A DNA stretch of 63,962 nucleotides from Octopus bimaculoides (taxonomy: Eukaryota), in contig NC_068990.1 in the NCBI RefSeq assembly GCF_001194135.2, forward strand, positions 12,770,839 through 12,834,800, written 5' to 3'. The position numbers were made by a program, and so were the translations under genes. How positions within the stretch are numbered: position 1 is the stretch's first letter; each line of letters opens with the position of its first letter. The notes under the pieces are model-generated. The model made no database searches and had not been told where the DNA came from. It saw only the letters and a program-made list of their open reading frames with translations. Of the stretch, positions 1 to 14,460 are shown piece by piece.

Positions 1-104
1 GTTAATTGGATACGAATCATTTCATGGTTAAGCGAATTTGGACTGAAGATTGGAATAGTGAAATTTCATTCGCTTAACCATGAAACGATTCGTATCCAAT
101 TAAC
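1..104. repeat. Inverted repeat with 37-bp arms (1-37 and 68-104), one mismatch, 30-nt spacer; may extend past the window start
   Basis: The reverse complement of 1-37 is attcgcttaaccatgaaatgattcgtatccaattaac; 68-104 reads attcgcttaaccatgaaacgattcgtatccaattaac. Confidence 0.95.
38..99 (+). ncRNA. Type I hammerhead ribozyme motif (Penelope/retrozyme type)
   Basis: Stem I ttgga(38-42)/tccaa(95-99); CUGAAGA at 43-49; stem II 50-81 (tgg/cca and agtgaa/ttcgct, with U.U at 10.1/11.1); GAAA 82-85; minimal stem III acg-att-cgt; GUA cleavage triplet 92-94. Confidence 0.75.
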
Positions 105-1319
105 TAAAGACTTGTTTTGTTTACGCTTTTCCCTCCGGTTTTTTGTTCTATGTGTGCCATAAATATCGCCATCCGTTTAGAGAAAAATTTGTAGTTTAGA
201 ATCAGTAGTTCTTTGACTGCTATTTCTAAATTTTCAGTATGTTGGAGAAGCAACTCAATGCTAATCCCTGTATATTTATGATTATATATATATATATATA
301 TATATGACTTCATTTTGATTGAGGTTATATTATTTCTGCTTTCATATTTTAAGTTGATGTAGATAAAGACTTTTGTCTACTATTAATCTCTCACTAACAC
401 AGATACAAACACTCATCAATTGATTCTAAGGCAATTGAACTGAATAGAAACATACTTGTTACTATGCCTAGTTACCATTTTTAAAATGGCTTTTATTTAC
501 ATCATCTTTTTTTACCAAATATTTTAGTGAGCCAACATCCGTGTAGTTTTCTCATTTGCTTGTCACTTTTAGATTTCTAAGTACCTCTTTAGGGAGTTTT
601 TTGTGTAGTAACTGCATTGATAATCTCATTTAATTGAAGTTTTTTCAACAATATATTATAACCTACTTGAAACTCTACCACAGAAGCTTCATTTTTGTAT
701 TTGATTCGCAAAATTCTTGATGTGAACTTGCATGTTAAAACATATATCTTGGGAGGCTCATTATATCAATAACAATTATATGCAATCAGTTGTTGATTGT
801 CTGAAGCAGATTTGCAGTAGAGGAAGCATGTCATTGAGAAGGCTGCAAATAGCAACAAAAGGACTTTGACAAATGCTGCTGATTGATTGATTGATTGATT
901 GATTGAATGATTAGTCAAACATTTGATTAGTTAATTGGTGAATGGTTAATTAAAAAGTTAATACTAAAATAAAATGCGAAACAGAATCAATGCATGTATT
1001 TATTATTTGCATAATGACTCCCCTGGGGTACAACAGAATATTATAAGTATATCCGTTGAAAAATTCTTATCTCTCTGACATAAACGAGATACAGCTATGA
1101 TACAACTGATTTCTCTCCTGTCTATAGCATACAAACAGGCAAAGTGTTTTAAGTATGCTCTCTTTGATACAATTTTCCTGATGGACACTGAAATAACAAA
1201 CGAAAAATTCCAAGAAGTTTTAAGGAATTTTTAGGAGATCCGATTAAACAGAAACCTGATTTCAACCATTATCATTACAACCGTTATCATTGTATCATTT
1301 CTGGGTGTTTGCACAACTA

Positions 1320-1547
1320 TTGGGTTGGTGCATAATTATTGCGGCTTATTTCAATAAATTTTATTCAACAAAAACAATGACAATATTTAACAAAAACATC
1401 TTCAAATGACAGTCTGACTGTCTGCCAAGCAAATGGGTGAATATGCTCCGGAATAATCATTTAAAGATGTTTTTGTTACATCTTGTTATTGTTTCTGTTG
1501 AATAAAATTTATTGAAAAAGAGCTGCAATAATTATGCACCAACCCAA
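1320..1547. mobile_element. Mariner-type foldback MITE, 228 bp, about 90-bp inverted arms, TA TSD
   Basis: TA|TTGGGTTGGTGCATAATTATTGC at the left end and GCAATAATTATGCACCAACCCAA|TA at the right. The terminus resembles Hsmar1/MADE1-type TIRs. Confidence 0.9.
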
Positions 1548-2459
1548 TACATTATCCAGTGTAATCAGTAGGGTGTGATATGAGGGAGATAGATTTGATT
1601 CCTATTTCTTGCATGTTGAGTATCTACACAGAGGCCATGGACACCTGTTGCTTATCACTATAATTGGTAGGAGATATTGAATGGATAACACGTCTTTTAT
1701 TAGCATGTACTAATACTGAGTTAAAATGATGTGGAAAAAATGTCAACAGAAAACTATTCGAGAGTATTCTCAACAACAGATCTTGGAATTGTTAGATCAC
1801 TAGAGAATTGTCTTACAATACTTTCAATGGAATAAGGTAGCATAAAACAACACAAATGAACCACCATTTATTCTTTATTATAAATATTACTTTTCAGTCT
1901 TATGTCTCTTGAAATCTAACATTAAATCTCTTTTACTGTTACTTAAATTCTGCACTTTTAAACATATTTACTTCTGTATTCTTTTATCGGCTTCAAACAT
2001 TGGACTGCAGCCTTGCTAATAATGCACCACCTTCGAGGGATTTTAAATTAATACATTGATCCCAGTAATAAGTTGAGGTTAAAGTTCTAGAACTAGCAAA
2101 GAAATGATTTTTAACTTTAACAAATGGCTAAAATAAACGTGTTTGGAATATAAGGGAGACCTACTTTGACATAACTTAATACTTACAAACCACAAATTAT
2201 TTTTGCTTGAGTCATTAATTTTACATCAATGCACATTGTACAAAAATATACACATCTACAAGCTTTCAAATACACACAAGCTTAAAGATATTCTGGGGTT
2301 CTGTACAGTTCTAGATTAGTTCTAGAACTGATCTTTATCAACTGATTAGCAAACTTTATCGTTTTGGTAAAAAGCAGCAGATCAAGGCATAACATAATAA
2401 TTAGAAACTAGCCATTAGTTTTGGTTGAATCATTGAATTGGCACCAGTATTTTCATTCG

Positions 2460-2828
2460 TTTAGTCTTTTATTTGTTTCAGTCATTTGACTGCGGCCATG
2501 CTGGAGCACCACCTTTATTCGAACAAATCAACCCCAGGACTTATGCTCCGTAAGCCTAGTACTTATTCTATCAGTCTCTTTTGCTGAACTGCTAGGGTTA
2601 CACAGACATAAACACACCAACATCAGTTGTCAGGCAATGGTGGTGGAGACAAACACACACATATATGTATACACGATAAGCTTCTTTCAGTTTCCGTCTC
2701 CCAAATCCACTCAAAGGGCTTTGGTCGGCCCCTGGCTATAGTAGAAGACACTTGCCCAAGGTGTCACACAGTGGGACTGAACCCGGAACCATGTGGTTGG
2801 GAAGCAAACTTCTTACCACGCAGCCATG
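2460..2828 (-). mobile_element. tRNA-derived SINE, family A (CORE-like ccttgggcaagtgtcttctactatagcc body, (aaagagt)n tail)
   Basis: Reverse-complement match to the copies at 4044-4470 and 36335-36720. Confidence 0.85.
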
Positions 2829-3121
2829 TCATATATAAGCATGTGTATTTACAAATGTGCTGACACATATATTCCAGGCTTCTGCACAGTTTCCATTTAC
2901 CAAATATCTCTCACAAAGCATTGGCCGATCCAAGACTATAATAGATACTTGCTTAAGGGGGCAATGCAGTGGAATCAGCAGTCTTAGTCACATGCTTATG
3001 CTTCTATTAAGTTGCTTTCAATAATTTCTATATCTTTCCACACCCCACCCCATCTTATTAGATATGGAGATAGAAGCCATAATGTTTGATAAAACACTTG
3101 TTATTTTGTCTTTATGATTAC

Positions 3122-3124
<3 letters not shown>

Positions 3125-3185
<61 letters not shown>

Positions 3186-3322
3186 GCTTCTTTTTGCTCT
3201 CCATCTATCTCTTCCAGTTATAGTTTTACAATGCAGTAACACTTATCTCATATTTCAGCATTCAATGAGATAAGATATGATAGCACATGCATTTCCAATT
3301 TAAGACAGAACATGCCACATAA

Positions 3323-3353
<31 letters not shown>

Positions 3354-3402
3354 CGCGCATGTGTGCATGTATGTATGTGTGGATGCATGTATGTGTGGAT
3401 GC

Positions 3403-3440
<38 letters not shown>

Positions 3441-3492
3441 ATATGTATACTTACATACATACACACATATATATACTGAGAGAGAGAGATTT

Positions 3493-3530
<38 letters not shown>
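3125..3530. repeat. (TTA)n and compound (GT)n/(AT)n microsatellites
   Basis: Read directly from the sequence. Confidence 0.95.
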
Positions 3531-3535
<5 letters not shown>

Positions 3536-4043
3536 AGATACACACACACTTACATGCTTATATGTAGTATGTGTGTATAAATGTGCATGTACAGATGAAT
3601 ACATATAGAAGCTGGCTCTCTTGTATAAAAGAAGTTCGTCATGTTTACTTACATTTCTTTCAGTTGGGTTTATGTTTGTCTTTATAAGTATAAGAGAAGA
3701 CATCGCCAGTGAAGATTTAGAAGCAAAGACAAAAACAAAAAAAAAACAGAAAAAAACAGAAAAAAAAATGGAAAGGAATGAAAATTACTGAGATAATCTA
3801 CAATTGAATAAATAAAGCCATCCGCTTACTTACTTATCTCACTTAAACTTGTTTAATCTGGAACACACACAATGAATCTGTACACACATACACACACACA
3901 TTCACACACACACACACACACACACACATTGTTAAAAAGTTAGATGAATATGAATAAGGAATCTTACTCAAGGATTGAAAACTTTCTCTGAAGTCCACTA
4001 CATTCAGCAGCTATGAATTTATATTTGTTTAGTCAGTGAGAAA

Positions 4044-4214
4044 GGCGCAGGAGTGCCTATGTGGTAAGTAGCTTGCTTACCAACCACATGGTTCCGGGTT
4101 CATTCCCACTGTGTGGCATTTTGGGCAAGTGTTTTCTACTATAGCCTCGGGCCGACCAAAGCCCTTTGAGTGGATTTGGGAGACGGAAACTGAAAGAAGC
4201 CTGTCGTATAAATG

Positions 4215-4249
<35 letters not shown>

Positions 4250-4470
4250 GTTTGTGTGTCTGTGTTTGTCCTCCCAGCATCGCTTGACAACCGATGCTGG
4301 TGTATTTACGTCCCTGTAACTTAGCGGTTTGGCAAAAGAGACTGATAGAATAAGTACTAGGCTTCCAAAGAATAAGTCCTGGAGTCGATTTGCTCGACTA
4401 AAAAGCGGTGCTCCAGCATGGCCACAGTCAAATGACTGAAACAAGTAAAAGAGTAAAGAGTAAAGAGAGA
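4044..4470 (+). mobile_element. Near full-length SINE family A
   Basis: Pol III A-box-like ggcgcaggagtgcctatgtggtaag, B-box-like ggttcattcc, internal (AT/GT)n, tail aagtaaaagagtaaagag. Partial copies lie near 9.6, 11.0, 12.6, 14.9, 16.1, 16.3, 19.8, 22.4, 23.3, 37.7, 41.5, 43.8, 48.0 and 61.3 kb. Confidence 0.9.
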
Positions 4471-4764
4471 GAACATCAATATGGCCATTGGATCTGCAAG
4501 AAATAGCTGCCAAACCATTGTTGTTTTCAAAGTTATGAAGGGTAGGTCAAGGAATGTAGTACTGGGTATGCTAAAATTGGCATAATCATTCTTAGAACAT
4601 GTTTCATGAAACATCTCTTTGATGAGGATGGAAACGGAACTAAGCAACATCATCATCAATGACTTTTATTTGAGTACAAAGTTTAGTTGATGAGTTTTCC
4701 CATTAATCTCTGAGAACTGAGAATTGCAAAAGCTTTATTTTGAACTGGCTTACCTACTTTAGAC

Positions 4765-5126
4765 CAATGTTTTCCAACCTATTTTAGCCCAGGCCCCACT
4801 ATAACTTCCCAGAAAAATATATGTCCCATTGGTGGTTGGTAAAAAAATAACTTTATCTTTTATATTTCATAATTATATACTTTCCTTAAAGAAATATCCA
4901 CACTGGAGCATTAGACTAGCACTATACTGTAGCAAACAGTCATCACACAGTCTGCTTGGCTGGTGGGATTGCTAGGCTGAGTATAGGTGTTGTATGTTTG
5001 CTGTGAAATAAAGATTTTTCATAATTCCATATCCCACTAAAAGAAAAACAAAATTATATCTCAAGCCCCACCACAATTTTCCCAGTCATCACCAGTGGGG
5101 CATATGCCCCATGTTGAGAATCACAG
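4765..5126. mobile_element. hAT (Charlie-like) MITE, 362 bp, 8-bp TSD CTTTAGAC
   Basis: ctttagac at 4757-4764 and 5127-5134. The termini caatgttttccaac and gttgagaatcacag fit a degenerate CAGTGGTTCTCAAC TIR. Confidence 0.8.
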
Positions 5127-6529
5127 CTTTAGACACTTCATCTTGAATGATGTTGCATTAATTCTTTAGCAGTTGGTGTTTATCGAGCCATGATCTTCAA
5201 TTTTTTGCTCAGACATAGTGCATCTAGGATTATACTACTGAAGGTGTCTTCCATTATTTTTCACACAGTATGTATGATATGTAGGAGATTTAGCTGCTAT
5301 TTCTAACAGGACAAGAATATGCATAGAGTTTTTCTTCTTCTTAGACATATATGAATCTTTTAGTGTATAATGATAGTGTTTCTATATGCTTCAATAATTT
5401 TGGTTACTTGTAGTAGCATTGATTCTTCATTGTTCTTGAAATCTACCTTTCACAATGTGTTTATTTGCTTTTGACTTTAATGTAAGCATAGAGGTGAAAC
5501 AACTTATATCAATTCTCCAGTATTGTTCAGTATTCATCGTTTCTCTCGTCACATAATTGGTACAGATTTATCACTCATGGAATACTTTGGTGGCCAATAA
5601 AAGATTTCAAATGCTAACGTGTGAAATTATTTGAATTCTATATTTATTCAATAACAATTTCTTGCCCTGCAGGTCACAGTGGCTGTAATATTTATGGTGT
5701 TGAACACTACTTAGCAGATTATCAGGAGGTCAAATTTATATCAGAAGCTGAATATTAAAAGTATGTCATAGGACATTATTAATCAAAGAGATTTTTAATC
5801 AATTTAAATTTAAATAAACTTTATATTCTTCATGTAGAGAGCACTCTTGGGAAATTTTCCAATGTTATTATTAAGAACTTATATTTAGCCGTATAAAATC
5901 TGCTTAAATCTTCTAAAAGCACATAGATATTCTGTTCTCAGAGCTTAATCCATTATGAATGTAATTAGAATTTTTCCTTGAATTTATCTTGAACATCAGA
6001 AGATAGCTTATGAGAATAAAAGTATGTACCAAGTGAGAGAGCTGAAGATAAATTGGTCTGTCAGATAAAGAGGAGAAGCCTCATCATTGTTAATATTCAG
6101 TTTCTGTGCTTCTGTTCTCAAATGGACTGAACTTTCCCTTGCATACAATTTGTGTATAATTTAATCTGCTTTAATACAAAGATATATAACAAGGCAGCCT
6201 CTATGCAGTTATTCTTCAACCTGCAAGAAATAGCAGCTACGTCGTTCTCATACAACATCCTACTTTCTTAGAGAAGAAATGACACCTTAGATATTAGCAT
6301 ATTCTAGAAGTATTAAAGTGGAGGAAAATGGGTAAAATCACATGTAGTTGGCGTTAGGTGATAGATCTGCTTAATCAGAGCTTACTTGGGATTAAAAAAC
6401 AACAACACACGAGGTTAAGTTTTCTAATAATTTCTAATTCATATTCTCTGTAACCTTGACTAACACTTCTTGTCAGAATTATTTGCAATGGCTGCTATTA
6501 TTCATGGATTATATTGATTTCAAATTTTA

Positions 6530-6725
6530 GCACAAGACCAGCAACTTTACAGGAAGGGGTTAATCATTTACATTGATCTCAGTGATCTACTGGTGCTTAT
6601 TTTATCAACTCCAAAAGAATGAAAGGCTAAATCAACCTCAGTTGAATTCGAACTCAGAACATAAAGATGGAGGAAATGCCACTAAGTATTTTACCCAGCA
6701 TGCTAATAATTCTGCCAGCTCACTG
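6530..6725 (-). mobile_element. SINE family C (gcctttcatcctttcggggtcgataaa-type core), degenerate
   Basis: Homologous to the copies at 55340-55480 and in 59.1-61.8 kb. Confidence 0.7.
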
Positions 6726-6839
6726 TCTTAACATAGATTATGATAAACTCGACTCCGTTGGCCATGAATGACCATGGGTGCACCTAAGAGGTTCTGCTCC
6801 AGGGTACAAGTCTGGGCAGAAAGTTGCCTCTCTGGCAAC

Positions 6840-6955
6840 TGGGTGGGTGGGTAGGTAGGTCGGCAGTGAGGCAGGCAGGCAAGCAGAGAGAGAGAGGATG
6901 GATGGATGGATGGATGGATGGATGGATGGATGGATGGATGGATGGATGGATTGGT
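6840..6955. repeat. Compound tetranucleotide array GGGT/AGGT/GGCA/GGAT
   Basis: Read directly from the sequence. Confidence 0.95.
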
Positions 6956-7059
6956 TGATAGAGTGATGTATGTGTATATGTATGTTTATTTGGAATATGT
7001 ATGAATGTGTGTTTTTGTGCTTGCAGCTTCCATTCTATGTAATTATCTTCATCTTCCTC

Positions 7060-7235
7060 ATATGTCCATTTTCCATGCTGGTATGGCCATGGGTTAGACA
7101 GTTTGACCAGAGCTGACCAATTGGAGAGCTGCACCAGGCTCCAGTCGTCTGTTTTGGCTTGGATTTTACGGCTGGATGCCCTTCCTAACACCAACCACTT
7201 TACAAAGTGTACTGGGTGTCTTATATGTGTCACTG
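7060..7235 (-). mobile_element. RTE LINE 3'-UTR fragment (family B)
   Basis: Shares ggatgcccttcctaacaccaacca and ttccatgct with 56620-57109. Related fragments lie near 10.8, 12.0, 13.1, 19.5, 22.2, 25.8, 29.4, 49.4 and 61.8 kb. Confidence 0.7.
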
Positions 7236-8089
7236 GCACAAATGCTTTTTATATGTCACTAGCTCAGGTGACTTTTATGTGCCAACAGCACTAGTAATTA
7301 CTAATCCATTGTTAGTAGTGTACTTGAATTTCCTGGATCAGCTCACCTTGAGCAGAGTTGAGGAATAAAACCATTTTCACCAAAGTCTACTTTTGTCTAA
7401 GCTTAGACAAAAACTGCTCACTCTAGCTTGTAGTAAGTTTGTGATTAACCACAAAGAGATGTTATCTCTGGATGAATATTGCCGTAACTTGCCTGTGAAT
7501 TATGTATATTCATTAAGTAAGGTACATAGCTGGTTATTGTAATGTTCTATCAATGTCCTTCTTTTCTTAGTTTTAAGAGAGTAGGATTATGATTTGAGAT
7601 AGATTTGGCTGCAATTTCTAGCTGGCCAAGTAACATGATAGTGGCCTGTTTGTTATCTCATGAATGGTTATATTGAGTACAGCATAACCTTGAGGGCATA
7701 TGATGAATATTTTCTAATACAGATGTAACATCTTTGGGGTAAAGATAATTATAATAGACAGACTCATTACAATTATGATGTTAACACTAATGAACAAAAA
7801 CTAGTAAAAATACACAAAAGAATATAAACAAAACAAGGCAAAACTGAACATAACACCATGTTGTATAATAATGATGGAAGATGAAAATTAAGCAGCATAG
7901 TCATAATGTTTTAGTGGAATATATTTTAATGAAATAGAAACGTTAGGTATTTCATGATCAAATTCTATAGTTTTGACAGCCAATTTAAACACCTCTACCA
8001 TTATCCTGGCTTAGCAATCACATTCTTTGTTGTGCTCTTTGCTTTCTTTTTACTGTTACCTTTAATCATATCTGTCTTACTGCTACAAC

Positions 8090-8350
<261 letters not shown>

Positions 8351-9409
8351 AACTGTTCTGATACTTCTCATTATTACTTGATTATTATTGTTTATATATT
8401 GATTTTTTTTTTTTTTTCCATTGCATTTACCGCAACAAATGCTGTTAAAGTGATAAATCGTATTCGCACAACACTTCAATCATTCTCGAATAGAAATTAG
8501 AGAATGGGGGGGGGGGGGATATCAACAACAAAAATGAACAAGAAAAACTACAAAAAAAACCCATAAAATATTTTTTTTAGTTTGAAATATTGGTGGTATT
8601 TCAAGAAAAATATTCAGTTTTCTTCTTTCTTTGTTTTCCATAGTAATCTAACATAATTATTTCTTTTTACATTATACATAATTGATTACATTTCTATCCT
8701 GATGTCTTTCTGGTAAATTACACCAAACATGTATTCAGTAAGCTACAGAAAAGGCAAGACTTTAATCTGTTTGTTTCTTTTGTTTTCCAAAGTATTTATT
8801 TCGTGAGCTTGATGAGAAAACTAGTGAAAGATAAAATATCAAGCAAGCACTTAATTTTATATATTCCTTCTGTGTGAGATATTCAAATAGCAATAACGAA
8901 AAGCCAATGAAGGAATCTTCTACGACATTGTTGCATGACTTGCTCAATGTATAACAGATAAATATTCCGTGATAAATTCATGTTTAAGCTATACATTCTC
9001 GGCAATGTTCCAACAATAAAGACAGGATTATCATGGCTAATTATGCTGATTAAATGTTCTCTTGTTGTTTGATCAGCAACATTTATACATCCTCAGCTGA
9101 CCAGGGCTATTGGACAACAGCAGTAACAACTACTAATAGCAAAGCCCAACATGCAACAAATAACAGCCAAATTCACTCAAATTTTACCCTACCATTTTAA
9201 AATTGGGACAAAGTGGATAATATAGTCTCTTGAAATGGGAGTTACTGGATTTCAAAATAAGGATGGATGGATGGATGGTCATTGCTGGACTGTCAGCTAC
9301 ATTGAGACCAAATTGGTGCTAAACAACGACAACAGTATTAAAGTCATAGTTTTTATTCCTCTTGACTTACTTCGACACTGCAGGTCTCAGAATATTTTCT
9401 CATACTGGA

Positions 9410-9449
<40 letters not shown>

Positions 9450-9768
9450 GTGTCTGTATGTGTGGTGGGTCATGTGTGTCTATATTTGTGTACATAATTA
9501 TATGAGTGTGTATATGTGTGTGTGTGCATGGGCATGTGTGTGCATGTGTGTGTAAGTGAATGTGTGAGTGTGTGAATGCGCGCGCGCGTGTGTGTGTGTG
9601 AGTTTACTGTAGTACAGGCTTGGTTATATCATCAAGTAGTTCAATGTGTAACCACGTGGTTTTGGGATTGATCACACTGAATGGCACTTTTGACTGTTAT
9701 TTTCTACTGTAGACATGGTGAGATTCTGAATACTTACTGAATAGAATGGGCTAAACAACAAATGTGAA

Positions 9769-9959
<191 letters not shown>

Positions 9960-12241
9960 CATGTGTGTGTGTGCACGTGTGTGTTTGTGTGTGTGTGTGT
10001 ACATACATCTCTTTTGTAGATTTGACTTGTTGCTTTCCATAAGGTTTGGCCATATATTTTTAAAGTCCTATGTAATCTGAGAATATAATGCAGCTAAAGA
10101 AATTGCTTAAATAATATATTTCTTTGCTAGGACTCGTTTCTGTTACATAAATGGTAAGAGATTACATTATAGCTTCTAAATGGTTAACGTACTTCAGGAG
10201 TATTAAATTACCTTTGATATATGTATATACATATATTATTACTGAGAACATGGAACAGATGTTTCACCTGCCTGTAAGCCATGCACATACTAATACAAAC
10301 AAACTGATACCCAGTCGTTCAACATGCTAAATCTAACTGCAAAATCATCCTCAAATAACATGTTATACTCTTTTTCCTTTCCATGTCTGTCTCGTGCTCT
10401 CTATCTGTGTGTGTGTGTGTGTGTGTGTGTGTAGGGAGTCTAAAGAGACAAGGCACGTGGATTATTGGTTAGGATGTTTGGCTCGCAGTCATAAGGTCAT
10501 GTGTTCGCTTCCTGATAGTGCATTGCGTCCTTGAGCAAGACACTTTATTTCATGCTATTCCAGTCAACTCTAGCTGGTGAACATGAGTAGTACCAGTATT
10601 TCGAAGGGTCAACCTTATTGCATTATGTATCATGTTGAATCTCCCACAGAACTACATGTCAGTGCTCAAAAATATTTTCTTTAGAGTGAGCTTTTTCTAG
10701 CCTTATGGAAAACTGACTGATATGTCCCCATCATCATCCTCATTTAACATCTGTTTTCCATGCTGACATGGATGAGACAGTTTGATAGAAATTGGCAAGC
10801 TGGAGAGCTGCACCTTGCTCCAAATGTCTGTTTTGCAAGGCATTCTACAACTGAATGCCCTACCCAGCACCAAACACTTCACAGAGTTTAGTAGGTACTT
10901 TTTAAATTGCACCAGCACGTGTGTGTGTATATATATACCATTCAAATTGACAGCCATGTTGAAGTGGCTATGAACATATATATATATATATATATATATG
11001 CATATGCAACAGGCTTCTTTCAGTTTTCATCCACTAAATCTACCCACAAGGCTTTGGCTGGCCCAGGGCTATAGTAATATAATCACAAGATGTCACACAG
11101 TGGGACGGAACCCAGAACCATGTGATTGGGAAGCAAACTTCTTACACCTAGCCTGAAGGTCTTTTTGTTTCCTCCCCCCCCCCCCCGAGGTTTTAATGCT
11201 GAAGGCAGTCCCCTTGATTGCCAAATGTATAAGTGCTTGCTTTCGGTATTCTTCTTTTGATGAATTTGAATGGTATTATTGTATTAGTGAAATTTTTTTC
11301 TTCAAGATGCTTTAGAAATTGCCATTGAGGAATCATGTTCTTGTTTACAGGGAGTAATGTTTTTGATGAGTAGATTCTCTACCATTTATAAAAAGAAGCA
11401 TCTAACAGTTGGTACATTAGATCATTGTGCATTTACTATTCTGAAGATGTGTGTTTCTTTTTGGTTTTTTTTATGTTTACAAATCTCTCCTTGTGAAAAA
11501 AGAAACCTTTGTATTCATATGATGAATGCAAGGAGACAATCTGGTTGGGTAAAAGAATAAAAACAAACCAAACAGAATATAAATTATGCTTAAACTCCAA
11601 TGGATTTTTAAAGGTCATGTTTAACTTTGAGAGATTTTTTTGGTGTAATCAAATGTTTATTTATTTTTATCCATCCTTTCATGTTTGCTAAGTTGCAATG
11701 AAGTTTTCAAATTTGTAATTTCGTACACACCTACAGCAAGAGTTCTTATAATTTGTTTCTTTTCATCCTGGTAACCACTCAACTGTCAGGTAGATATGTT
11801 GCCTTTATGTCAGCCATAAAGACTGGAGCAACCAAAATTGTCTTTTTTGCTATACACAAAAGATTACCAGTATTTAAGTTTTGAATTATGGTAGTTTTAT
11901 CAATATTATAACAACTTAAACCCTAACTTTTTAAATTAAACCAGGGTGGTTATTTGTGTGTCAGACGACTAACTACAAAGTCATCGTCATCATAATTTAA
12001 TGTCAACTTTTCCATACTTGCAAGGGTCAGATGGAATTTGATGAGGCAAATCTTTTATGACTGTATAAATGTCATATATACATGGATGCTCTTCCTGTCA
12101 TCAAGCCTTGCCTGTTTCCCTGGCAAGATAATTTGTTTTCATAGCCAGACTCTTTTCACAAAATATCTGATATAACTGACACTGCTTATAAGATGGTGAT
12201 GCTTATTTGCAACCATCACATGATGTCAAGATAAAGCTACA

Positions 12242-12310
<69 letters not shown>

Positions 12311-12427
12311 GTATTATTAACTATCAGCAGCAGTTACTCTGTAACCTCTGCTGATTATTAAATGAAACCTGCATATACTCATGCTGTGAACTCTATTTTC
12401 TTGTTTGCATCATCTAAGCTATATATG

Positions 12428-12484
<57 letters not shown>

Positions 12485-13420
12485 AGAGAGAGATAGAGAT
12501 GGAGGGAGGGAAAGAAAGAAAGAAAGATCTGTAAATTTCCAGCTACCTAATTCACTCACAAGGCTTTAGTTAGCCAGGGACTACAGGAGAAGACACTTGC
12601 CCTAAATGCAACAGAACTGAACCTGAGACCACATTGTTAAGAAGCAAGTTTCTCAACTACACAGCCATGCCTATGTCTATAAAATCAAGAGAAAACTAGA
12701 GAAAAAAAAACGATAGTTTATAATTGAAGGACAGAGCAAAGTTAAACAATTTATATACATTAAGCCTAATTTTAGTGTAGATGACTTAATAAGAACAGTC
12801 AAGGTGAAAATCAGTCTCTTGATCCGTTGGATTCTGTCCAAAGACTGACTGTACCATTAAATCTTATTTTGTAGTGTTGATTTTTATCATTAAAATGAAT
12901 TATTGTAAATCTATATATGTATAACACAAGTATTAAATCATTTTAAGCTCTGAGCCAGCCAAAGAAATAACAGCCAATCATTTGCTGTCTTTCAAATTCT
13001 CTCAGTCATTCTTCCCCCACCACACACACGCACGCAACCACATATCATCATCATCATCATAATCATCGTTTTAACATCTAACTTTCCGTGGTTGCATGGG
13101 TCAGAGAGAACACATTAAGGCAGATTTTATATGATTAGTGGCAATTTCTTTCATCAACTCTCACCCATTTTCTGGGAACATAACATTTCTCTTTGGTCAA
13201 ACATGGTTTTGTAGAAGACTGGAAATGAATGATATTGCTTTTGTGGTGATAGTCCCATAATTTAGCAACCATCATGTGATAAGAAGAAAATGGGACGTGC
13301 ACAATGCCATATATATATAATACAAATGATATATGAGCATATGCATATATACATACATTTATGTACATACCTACATCTACATGTATATATGGATGCACAT
13401 CTGGGTACAGGATATCAGTG

Positions 13421-13469
<49 letters not shown>

Positions 13470-13618
13470 GCATTTTGGTAACCAATTAGAAATGGCTGTT
13501 AGATATGTTACATCACCTATTTTGTTATGTCATGATTTGTATTAAAAAATAAGCTATAAATATGGTCCAATCGATGTGTTTGTTAATTTGAGGTTTTCTC
13601 CATTTCCTGACTATTTGC

Positions 13619-13661
<43 letters not shown>

Positions 13662-13679
13662 CATATATATATATATATA

Positions 13680-14460
13680 NNNNNNNNNNNNNNNNNNNNN
13701 NNNNNNNNNNNNNNNNNNNNNNNNNNNNNNNNNNNNNNNNNNNNNNNNNNNNNNNNNNNNNNNNNNNNNNNNNNNNNNNNNNNNNNNNNNNNNNNNNNNN
13801 NNNNNNNNNNNNNNNNNNNNNNNNNNNNNNNNNNNNNNNNNNNNNNNNNNNNNNNNNNNNNNNNNNNNNNNNNNNNNNNNNNNNNNNNNNNNNNNNNNNN
13901 NNNNNNNNNNNNNNNNNNNNNNNNNNNNNNNNNNNNNNNNNNNNNNNNNNNNNNNNNNNNNNNNNNNNNNNNNNNNNNNNNNNNNNNNNNNNNNNNNNNN
14001 NNNNNNNNNNNNNNNNNNNNNNNNNNNNNNNNNNNNNNNNNNNNNNNNNNNNNNNNNNNNNNNNNNNNNNNNNNNNNNNNNNNNNNNNNNNNNNNNNNNN
14101 NNNNNNNNNNNNNNNNNNNNNNNNNNNNNNNNNNNNNNNNNNNNNNNNNNNNNNNNNNNNNNNNNNNNNNNNNNNNNNNNNNNNNNNNNNNNNNNNNNNN
14201 NNNNNNNNNNNNNNNNNNNNNNNNNNNNNNNNNNNNNNNNNNNNNNNNNNNNNNNNNNNNNNNNNNNNNNNNNNNNNNNNNNNNNNNNNNNNNNNNNNNN
14301 NNNNNNNNNNNNNNNNNNNNNNNNNNNNNNNNNNNNNNNNNNNNNNNNNNNNNNNNNNNNNNNNNNNNNNNNNNNNNNNNNNNNNNNNNNNNNNNNNNNN
14401 NNNNNNNNNNNNNNNNNNNNNNNNNNNNNNNNNNNNNNNNNNNNNNNNNNNNNNNNNNNN
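13680..14460. other. Assembly gap; other large gaps at 28236-28470, 32034-32492, 33348-33809, 35185-35456, 44145-44956, 52340-52628 and 58231-58852
   Basis: Runs of N, mostly flanked by microsatellites. Confidence 0.98.

Noticed and set aside
1-104. Pre-miRNA interpretation of the hairpin
   Set aside because: The near-perfect stem, 30-nt loop and embedded hammerhead core fit a retroelement inversion better.
2072-2335. Two AGTTCTAGAACT palindromes (heat-shock-element-like or MITE ends)
   Set aside because: Each has only two nGAAn units, there is no TSD, and the apparent TIR is just a self-complementary 12-mer.
3653-3679. Possible 27-nt minus-strand microexon (TNINPTERN, donor gtaagt)
   Set aside because: The AAG acceptor is weak and no partner exons are evident.
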